Source: Parasitella parasitica NRRL 2501 | Taxonomy: Eukaryota > Fungi > Mucoromycota | Assembly: GCA_025201805.1 (NCBI GenBank) | Contig: MU619322.1 | Coordinates: forward strand, 99,172 to 139,750 | DNA length: 40,579 nt | Direction of reading: 5' to 3' | Shown here: piece after piece, positions 10,571 to 19,810 of the stretch | Layout of the letters: every line of letters begins with the position of its first letter | Position numbering within the stretch: position 1 is the first letter of the stretch | Translations under genes and position numbers: made by a program | Notes under the pieces: model-generated | What the model saw: the letters and a program-made list of their open reading frames with translations, nothing else | What the model was told of the DNA's origin: nothing | The model's database searches: none

Positions 10571-12164
10571 AGAGCATCTCCAACGGAGGTGCTAATTTTA
10601 CAAAATTTCCAAAAGAAAATTGGTGAGAGGATGATACTTTCTTTTTTTTTTTTTTGGACAATTTTACTCACCTGTAATGGTGTATAGGATAAATCGAATA
10701 CCCATGGCGTATCAAAGAGTAATATCAATGACACACAATGCTTGCAATTATTCTTTTGATTCAGAACGCTGGAATGGTGAAAGACGAGCGTCATTGTTTC
10801 TTGCTGCATGTAAAAATATGTTGAGGATGTTTTTTTGCAGCCATCATATCGCAATTCCAAATAATATTATAAGCGGTTTCTTGACACTGTAATATAGAAT
10901 GTACTCTTCGCTTTGCTGATCGTTGCACAACGTTTTCAACATTTCTTTTTTCGCAGTTGTTGCAGACTTGACTGGTGAGGTATTCGTCTAACATTTGGAC
11001 TGTAACACCACGATTTTCTTTACATTTTTGAAGAGCTTTTATGATAGTCTTTGTAGGTCCAGATCTTTTGCCTCTCATGGTAGGTGAAAATCTTCCATCT
11101 CCATAGGCAATGATGGTTTTATTTGCCTTAACTGATCCATCAAGTGGTGGAGGGCGGGAGTAAGAATTGTTGTTTCTCGTTGTTGTCTTCACATTGGTGG
11201 ACGCACCCGTACGATATTTGATGCTATCATGAGTAAACATCTTGACTATTTCGCTGAAGGCTTTTTGCTTCTTTCTATAACATCTAAACTTTAATTTTGA
11301 AGACCTATTCCATTTGGTTAACACATTTTTAAAATATGTACGAGAGTTTGCTACACTTACCAAAGGCCTCTGTTATAAAATTCATACATTGTATCGTAGG
11401 ATTGTATACACTTTCTGCAAGCAATCAAGAATTTTGAAACTTCTTCGGTTTTTAATGAATCCAGTTCTGTTATCACTCTATGAGTGTTTGTGTGCTTCGC
11501 TTGATGAATCTTTCGAATGTGAGCTGCATCATTAAACCCACACAGTGATAATACTCCTTTTGACTAAGTGATCTCACTCTACCAGCTTGGTCGTCTATAG
11601 TAAAAACCGTGCTAATTCCAGGGTCTACCACCCACACTTGGCACCCATTGTCAATATCTGTTTTCAGGTCAGATGGCTTTACGGGAAGAGAGTCTTTCTT
11701 CTTTTTTGCTGTAATTCTTGAGAAGACAAAAGAAACTGAATAACCATCCGTGTAGATAACATTCCTAATATAACTTGATAAGTTCTAAGGCATTACTAAA
11801 TTAAAACTATATGAACTTACTTAAAGATCTTCTTTCCATTGTATAAAGTTTAACTAACTATACAAACTTTATTAACATTTTCTAAAATGGCCAGTACTTC
11901 TGTTCTGAATGCTCATCTTAATGTTAAAAGTGTGAGGTTTATAGTATGAAATATATAAAAGTGGGTTGAATAAAAGTAGTGAGCACCAGCTCCTGTTTTG
12001 AAAGTAGAACGACTTTGCAGAAAGAAGAAAAGATAAGAATAAAATAGTAAAAGAGAATACAATGGATTCAAGAGCCAAGGGAGTAATTCAAAGAGCTTCA
12101 GAGACAGAAAAAAAAGGGATGCTTTAAATGGCTTTTTGTTTAGCATCTCTGTTGGAGATGCTCT
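10571..12164 (-). mobile_element. Non-autonomous TIR DNA transposon (PIF/Harbinger-like termini) carrying a Fanzor gene remnant
   Basis: 25-bp TIRs at 10571-10595 (AGAGCATCTCCAACGGAGGTGCTAA) and 12140-12164 (reverse complement AGAGCATCTCCAACAGAGATGCTAA), 23/25 identical. Flanked by TA on both sides (or TAA/TTA if the TIR starts at GAGC). No transposase inside. Confidence 0.85.
10748..11850 (-). pseudogene. Fanzor1 (eukaryotic TnpB-like RNA-guided RuvC nuclease), N-terminally deleted and frameshifted
   Basis: Reconstructed: FKNVIYTDGYSVSFVFSR...VWVVDPGISTVFT (RuvC-I)...EYYH/LCGFN...SLKT...KLKFRCYRKKQKAF...IAYGDGRF...LDEYLTSQVCNNC (RuvC-II plus Zn finger)...LQCQETAYNIIWNCDMMAAK/NILNIF...RLSPFQRSESKE*. 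Two 56-nt introns; frameshifts near 11545 and in the A-run at 10830-10836. Confidence 0.9.
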
Positions 12165-12695
12165 TATTTATCTAATGCTGTTAAGCTATGTTCATTTCTC
12201 CATGTATTTTCCTATTTTGTGAATTGCAGTTCCCGCTTTTTATAATTATGCCATAGATTTTTTGAATAAAAGCCCCTGAGAATTGTATACCGTACGCTGG
12301 GCTCAGTAGTATTTAGCATAAGTATATCATATAATTTTTGTTGGAAGCCAAAAGTTTATTTCATTTTCCTTGCTTTTTTTTAAAAAAAAAAAACAAAAAA
12401 AAAAGTGAAAAAACACATGTATCAAAGACATAATTCCGAGGGCTTCACTTTGTCAAAAGCAACCGGACTCAAAGTGCCTGACTTCTCTCACAGAGGTATT
12501 CCCATCACTTTATACAAAGATCAAAGAATCAAGACAACGAGTCACTCTTCAAAGATGTTACTACTCAGTAGACTCAAGAAATCTCCTCCCAACGGAGACA
12601 CGATACATTAGCAAAAGAAGATTTTTAGGCCCATGATACGACAACCGACTTGTGGGTTCTTGTTGTCGAAACCCTTCCTTGTTTATTATTTAGTA

Positions 12696-13727
12696 CTATT
12701 GTTTGCTGCTGCTAAGGTACACAGACAGCGCACTATCCTCCAGGCTTTGGTCGGTTCTGAGCCATAGCTCTCTCAGCGATCTCCTTGTTTGATCTTGGTA
12801 CTTTTTGCTGGTGACATGATAGATTTTTTGAACAGCATTCAGTGCCTGTTGGTCTTGGATGATGCGTGCAACATAGCAAGCACATACAAAGTTCAGGAAC
12901 ACTGTGATTGTATCGTACAAGTTGGTATCATTTGACTTGGCTAGAAGTCGGTATTCGATATACGTAATAAACGTTGCCATGTTTTCCCAGACCATCACTG
13001 CTACTTCGTTTTTGAAATTGGCTCCCAAACTGCACAAGAGACGAGTGGTGGCGGCTGAGAACGCTCGGGATTTGGATATGGTTATGGGCGATTGACGGCG
13101 AGACGACGCTGCTATGCCCCGACTGTTGACAAAGACAACATGGTGAAAGATGGTCTCGACAACAGTGCTCATGTTTTCTCGTACTATGCTCCGGACGATC
13201 TGATAGTGGAGCCTTCGCTCATTCTCAATAATGTAGTGGAGCCTTTTGCACTGGTATCTGATCCGCTCCATAGCAAACCCGTATTCGTTGCCTTCATCTA
13301 AGCCCGGCTCTATTGTAGGTGGGAATGCGTCTGGTGGCGACGGCGGCCTTGTCTCTGATATGGATTGGCAAGGAAGTGGGTGTTGGTAAATGGCAAGGTC
13401 ATACACTGTTGTGTCTGTCAATGTGAGAAACAGCCAATTTCGAGGGCTTTGTGGCAGTCTAGGTGGGAATGCGTATGGGTCGTATATTGTGATCCGCTTT
13501 ATGATTCTGTGGGATATGTCTGACGTAGCTATCATTGCAGCGTTGATTTGTGATCTGAGCATAGAGTTTGAGGAAATACACCATTGCTTCTTCAGCATAA
13601 GCAGTGCAATAGACCTCAGGTCTTTGGAAGCGCGGGTTAAAGTCCAGAGATCTGTAGGATTAAGGTATTGCTTTAATATATACAAAAGCACTTCGTGTGG
13701 CAATTTAAGCAGCAAGGACTGGTGCAT
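12696..13727 (-). CDS. F-box domain protein (343 aa), otherwise uncharacterised
   Basis: N-terminal LLKLPHEVLLYILKQYLNPTDLWTLTRASKDLRSIA fits the F-box consensus; single long ORF; ATG preceded by an A-rich context. Confidence 0.7.
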   Translation of the reverse strand: MHQSLLLKLPHEVLLYILKQYLNPTDLWTLTRASKDLRSIALLMLKKQWCISSNSMLRSQINAAMIATSDISHRIIKRITIYDPYAFPPRLPQSPRNWLFLTLTDTTVYDLAIYQHPLPCQSISETRPPSPPDAFPPTIEPGLDEGNEYGFAMERIRYQCKRLHYIIENERRLHYQIVRSIVRENMSTVVETIFHHVVFVNSRGIAASSRRQSPITISKSRAFSAATTRLLCSLGANFKNEVAVMVWENMATFITYIEYRLLAKSNDTNLYDTITVFLNFVCACYVARIIQDQQALNAVQKIYHVTSKKYQDQTRRSLRELWLRTDQSLEDSALSVYLSSSKQ

Positions 13728-13932
13728 TTTTTTTTCTTTTTTTTTTTGCAGTGCTTTGTGTGAGATAAGAAAAAACAAAGAATTGAAAAGAAAAGGGAGC
13801 ATGCATTGAAGCTGTATTTATGTGCATCATTGTTGCGAAATAAACTCGAGTCACTCGGAAATGAAAGGCCTAAAATTTCCAAGGTCGCTGTATACAAACA
13901 TGCGCAGCCTTTCTCCCTATTCCGTTCACATC

Positions 13933-15172
13933 ATGACAGACACCGAAGCAAAGAAACCGCAGATATTCGAGGAATCTTCGCAATACCAGCATTGGAGATT
14001 CAGCCCTGAGCAGCTGTGGGATATTCGCAACAAAAGGACCAATGAAGCCGTCAGTCGCGTGCAGAAGAACGTACAAGAAGAACAGGTCAGAAAGGTGAAA
14101 AGACAGCTTTTTTTTTTTTGGCATTGCGTTGACTGGTTTTGTAGCAAGAGAACAAACAAAATGACGACGAATCCAAGACAGAATATCTGTCGGCAAAAGA
14201 AGAGCTTACGTTGTGTCGATTTTACGAGATGCAGCTGCAGGTGATGAGCAAGCACTGCAAATTTGCAGACATGGTGATGGCAACTGCTGTCATCTACATG
14301 AAGCGCTTCTTCCTGCATAACACAGTGATGGACTACCACCCCAAAGATGTTTTGTAAGTCGCATGATTGGCTGGGTGCATTGCTTGCTAACCGTATAAAA
14401 AAAAAAAAAAAAAAAAAAGCTTGACATGTCTCTTCTTGGCAACAAAGTCAGAGAGCGAGCGGATCTCAATCGATGATTTTGGAAAGAACCTGAGGCTGCC
14501 GTCAACCAAAAATGTGCTGGATTTGGAGTTTACAGTCTCGCAGGGTCTTAAATTTCAGTATTACATCCACCATCCGTACAGACCAGCCTATGGATTCTTC
14601 CTGGACATGCAGGTAAGCCACTTGAATCGATGAGTCGAGGGCCGGACATTGAGCAGCTTTGTGCAGACTGGACCTACCGACCTCAAACTGTTGAAGGAAA
14701 CGTACAAAAGGGTGGACAAAGCAGTAGCAGAAATAGTGCTTTCCGATCTCCCGCTCATCTACCAGCCAGCGCAATTGGCTTTAGCGGCATTCATGTTGGC
14801 AGGAAAAGAGAATAAATTCGACCAGCAGGTGAAGCGATACATCACAGATAGGTTTGGACAGGACGCAGCATCACTGCTATCGATCATCGAGCGCATATTG
14901 GGATTATTAAAGACTGTGACGCCTGTGACGCAGGAAGAGGCCAAAAAGATTGACTACAAGCTACGGCTCTGTATGAATCCAGCCATGAATCCCGAATCAG
15001 CCATGTAAGATTGAGGGATTAGTTGTTTATTTACAAGAGGGTGTATATTAAATTGTATTTTAGATATAAAAAGAGATTAGCAGAGAAACATGAGGAAGAT
15101 GTCAGAAAAAAGAAAGCAAAATTGTCTTCGCCATCCACACCAGAGTCTACGTCTACCGCCAGCTCTACTTAG
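13933..15172 (+). CDS. CCL1: Cyclin H (Ccl1/Mcs2; CAK/TFIIK cyclin), 5 exons
   Basis: [88 protein letters not shown]; last exon 15064-15172 ends TAG. Confidence 0.92.
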
Positions 15173-16165
15173 AGCTTCTTTTTCTTTTTGAAATCAACTG
15201 TGCAATTCTTGCAGTACCATTTCCCCCGTGGCGGCGTCTTTAACCCAACGCATTCTAAATGGAACCATTCGATCTCGCACTAAATAAAATGCTTAGCACA
15301 TTTGCATTTGCATTTGCATTTCGTTTCGTTCGTTTTGTCTTACATCTCCACTATCACATGCAACCATCTCTCCAAACGATACCTGCGAACAGTAGCAGTA
15401 GAGTGGCTCATTGGGGTCGATTGGCAGATCGCTTAAAGAAGCAGCACTAGATGACGCATTTAGCAAATTACTGCGCTACGTCTTCCTCTCCCTACACTTA
15501 CGCTTGTGCCTCCTGTATAGCATCTTCTTGGGAAAATGTATTCTCATCCGCTCTGTTATCTGTGTGTGTTTTTCTGCTCTTTTTTCTGCCCGTCTGTCTC
15601 TTTGGCGGCATGTCCTCCATAGCCGAAGCGTCTCGCTTTGCTGGCGTGCTTTGAGAAATTGATGCAGTACGGCCTGGTCCTATCAATTGTTCATCCTCTA
15701 TTTTTTGCAGGTCGTTATCTAGTCTTGTACAGTGTCGGTCTACCTATATCGCAACTGTCAATGAAAAAAAAAAAAAAACCCCCCTCCCCCAACATGCAGA
15801 TAGTGTATATGAGTGCACCTACAGTGTCGTATGTGGATTTTGCTAGAGCTAGCTTCTCTTCTCCCTTCTTTAATGTCTCGTTCAGCAGTTGTCCAATGTG
15901 CTCTAAACGTTTTTTTCTCTCGTCTACTGTTAGCTTCTTCTGGCTTTTAGTTAAAGATGTTGATTCTGTCGCGACTTGAGCCATCAAGTCCTCTGCTCCC
16001 TCGTCTAGTTGTCGAATAAGTGTGTAGTTTCTCTGTAATTCCAAAGGCAGCGCTTCCACAGCTTTTGCAGAGTGTCAGTGTGTGATTTCACCAACAAACA
16101 ATTCCATGCTTACTATCTGAATACTCAGTCAAGTAACTGGCCACAATCTCTGGTTCTTTTTTCAT
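15169..16165 (-). CDS. ING-family PHD-finger chromatin protein (Yng2/Pho23/ING4-like)
   Basis: N-terminal ING domain ([18 protein letters not shown]...[14 protein letters not shown]) and C-terminal PHD ([24 protein letters not shown]...[26 protein letters not shown]); ends KKKKKL-TAA at 15171-15169. Confidence 0.93.
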
Positions 16166-16595
16166 AGTTTTAAAACCACTAAGGAAAGTTGAGAAAAAGT
16201 ATAAAAAATAAATAAAAAATTAAACAGCTATTAAATGCCAGATTGATGAAAGGAGCTCCCTTTGTGTCATCCAGTGAAATCTTTTGTAGCACATGAAATG
16301 TGTTAAATTTAGAACGATGGCCAGGACCTCCCTTTCATTTTTATCAGATCCTTGGAAGCGTCAATCCAACGACGATACAACCCATCGAAATGCCAGGCAT
16401 TGACACTGGTCAAGTTGAGAAAAGCGGCCGCTCTTTTCTGTGCTCCCCCCCCCCGCGCCTTGATCGCTATACTCTTGTTCTCGAAAAATAAAAAAATTAT
16501 AAAAAATAAAGATCAGATAAATAATTCCGATCTTATAAAAGGCCCTTCCATTTCAATTTTTCGTCTTTTCTCCTTTTTCTCATACAGACATAATT

Positions 16596-17631
16596 ATGTC
16601 ATCCTTCTTCAAATCCATAGGCAATCTCATTACAGGCAGCGATGCTGCTGCTCAAACTACACAAGACAGAAAGGAAAACAAGAGCCACGACCATCCACAA
16701 GTAGAGATTGATCAAGTGCCGCCAACCGACCTTATTGTCAAGGACTGTGCAGGCTGTCAGGAAGAGTGCGACCAACATCAAAAATACCCATCCTATCTGG
16801 AGCTTGATGATGAGAGTCCGCTGCTAGGTAGCATGTCCCCGTACGGCCGCCATTTCATGATCAGTACAGCCCAATGCGATTGGCCTCCACGCATAGAGGA
16901 GGATTACGGTACTTTAGCTGCCAATTTGCAGGCTTTAATAGTAAACAACCCAATGCCATGGAGGACATTTGTGACCAACACTTCGCTCATTGCTACCCAT
17001 TCAACCACTGTGAATTGTGGTCTTGACGTGATTGTTTTGCCCGAAAACATTGTGATTGGTAATGTCACTCCGGATGATGCCCAACTGCTGTATGACGTAT
17101 TTGTGAAGTTACCATTGCCCACAGCGGACACCACTGATATCAAAATGTTCGAGCAGTTTGACTTGCAAGAAATGGCCGTATATCCCAATCCATATGACTC
17201 CATGATCCTGATCTGCTCACACAGAAAGAGGGATAAGCGGTGCGGAGTGACAGCGCCCATTTTGAATCGTGAGTTCGACCACGTATTGAGAGATTTGGAC
17301 ATTCACGACGGTGAAGGTGGCACTTCGGTATTCATGGTGAGCCATGTTGGAGGTGGGTGGAATTCAGGTTTTTGTTGGGAAGGGTTGTTATGCTGATGAA
17401 ACGATTACACAACCAATTGTTTTAGGGCATAAATTTGCAGGAAACGTGATTTGCTACATACACAAAGGCAGGACTGGAATATGGTACGGGCGTGTCAAAC
17501 CCTGTCATTGTCGCGAGATTATAAAAGAGACAATCGTCGATGGTAAAGTGATCAAAGAGCTATACCGTGGCTCCATGAACCACAGTTTTGGCAAAGTTGA
17601 TGAAAGCCAATGCAACAGGATCAAATGGTGA
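16596..17631 (+). CDS. Sucrase/ferredoxin-like thioredoxin-fold 2Fe-2S protein (Apd1/Aim32 family), 2 exons
   Basis: ILICSHRKRDKRCGVTAPIL, SHVGG|HKFAGNVI, WYGRVKP, LYRG motifs (C-x8-C...H-x3-H ligand pattern); intron ~17354-17425. Confidence 0.92.
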
Positions 17632-18532
17632 CCCTGTTTCAATAAAAATGTCTGTCGTATTTGTACATATATATAAATCATTTTGATGTGTTTGTTCCTG
17701 TATTTACCTGCCGTACAACCAGTGGAATAAATGCCGAGATATTACACCAGTATCATCGATAGACATCAACCAACCTGCATGGGTGTTTTTGTAGCAGTTT
17801 TCCCTCTGACATTCAAGGAACGTGTAATGATATAATCTCAATTCACTGCTGACAGTAGTTGATGGCTAATACCCCCTAGCGCCTTGATTTTTTTTTAATT
17901 TTTTTTTTACCTTCCTCCCTTAAAATCTGCTCTAGCAATTTTGGAACATACATCACAGGTATTCGTATCTGTTAACTGCTCTATTGATGTTCTGTGAAAG
18001 TTATCATCCCTTTTCTTCCATGAACTTTTCCGTGCAGAGCTATTAGTTGTTGTAAAAGAATATATTGTTTTTGTGTACTCCAAGTTGCATTAATGTCCAG
18101 CAGCAAATTACGTGTTTGCTTTACATTGTTGTACAGAGCCCACAAAAAATAGACATCCACACCCTGAAACCTATAGTTCAGATCTTGGCATTGAATATTC
18201 CCTGTCAATTTTGATTTGAACAAGTCGTATCATAAAGCAGTTTAATTTCATTGGGTTCATTGAAAGCCACAGGCTACGAGGAATTCGAGAGAATAAATTG
18301 GTATTCCGCGAAAATCATCTATAATGTTGATATAGTGCGATGCCTGTTCTTTGAGAGTTGTCAAGAGTTGCAAACCCAATGAACCAGTGCGATTGTAATT
18401 AAAACGTGTGCTGGCTCTATTAAGCCAACTACTAACACATTAAACTAGATGCAATTGTTGGGATGGTTCGAATGTATAAAAACATCTCTGAAAGAGCCTT
18501 GCTTTTTATTTTTTAAACAAGCAAATCCATCG

Positions 18533-19337
18533 TTATTCGGTATTGCTTGCTTTTTTGAATGCAACGGTACAGATCTTTGATCCTTGCTGTCCACCAAATT
18601 GGAAAACAGGATACTTGACACTAGAGTGATAAGTGAGATCTACAACATTGACAAGCATCAGAAACTACAGTGTAAGACGAGTTTATGAATGTTTTTACAT
18701 TTAGAAAAGCTGTTGGTCAATTCTTCCTCGGTCCAGTTACAACTAGTTATTAGAAATAGACTATCAGGACCCATCATCCCGTAGACAGACTTTACATATT
18801 CTTCCCTTGGGCCATCGACAAGATCTTTTTTGGCTTGTACCTGATCCGGATTCAATGAAATGGCATCGTAGGTGCCTTTATCCAGTAGAGTATCAAATCG
18901 GCCTTTGGGAGGACTGGCTAAAAAGTCTACAGCATCGTATTGAATCCATTCTAATCCACGGTGCTCTGCAACTGATTTTGCAAGTGTAATGGCCGATTCA
19001 GAATAGTCAATGCCATGCAGGTTTTTGTAGCCCTCAGCACTTAATTCCAATAACAAGTGTCCATTTCCACAACCTAGATCAATTATGCGGCTTTCTGGGT
19101 CGCTCACATTTTCTGTCACCCACTGCACCATGCGTTCAACGCTGTCTTCACCAAACCAAATCTCTCCAATATCGCCAATTTCTTTGAAATTAGCATTTTC
19201 CCGGTTGTACACTGTATCCCAGCTTGATTTTCCCCAACTCGTTTAGTGATTGATCATAAAGAAAATGAATCAATACATTACTATGTTTTTGTACCTAATT
19301 CTGAAGCTTCAAAATCTTGCGCTTCTGGAAGCTCCAT
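18533..19337 (-). CDS. EFM4: eEF1A lysine methyltransferase Efm4/See1 (METTL10-like), 3 exons
   Basis: SELGTK..WDTVYNRENANF...GEIWFGEDS, IIDLGCGNGHLL, DKGTYDAISL, LITSCNWTEEEL, YPVFQFGGQQGSKICTVAF. Confidence 0.92.
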
Positions 19338-19810
19338 TTGTTATGAATTTGTGATTGCAACAGGAAAAAAAAAAGTCTAGCTGATAAATTTTTTTTTTTT
19401 AGCGCGGGCACGCAAATTTAAGCAGCGTGGAAATCGAATCCTTTGTTGGCAACTAAGAATGGTGCCTCAAAAATTAATATATGCGGGTTTATGTGTGATG
19501 TAGCACGGTGATATATAATGGAACCTTATAAAACATCAAAGAGTATATACTAGGTTATTCTACGGTAGCATTGTACTAATTGATGATTAATCTTGTGGTG
19601 AATTCCATCAATCTTTTTTGCTAGATAAAACTGATTCATTTTTTAGCCGAGAGAGACATGAGCTAAATATAAAACAATAATCAGATTCTTTTGGTTGAAA
19701 CTCCTTGGCTTTTGGTAGAACATCAAATATAAAACCGTGATTTTTTTTGATTTTTTTTTTCGTCTCTTCCTCCTCCCTTTCTTTCCTTCACTTTTCTTAC
19801 ACCACAAAAA

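Noticed and set aside
12414-12680. U11, U1, SRP, RNase P/MRP or snR30 identity for the structured segment
   Set aside because: Only partial words match (e.g. AGGGCTTC); the diagnostic conserved boxes and a clear Sm site are missing.
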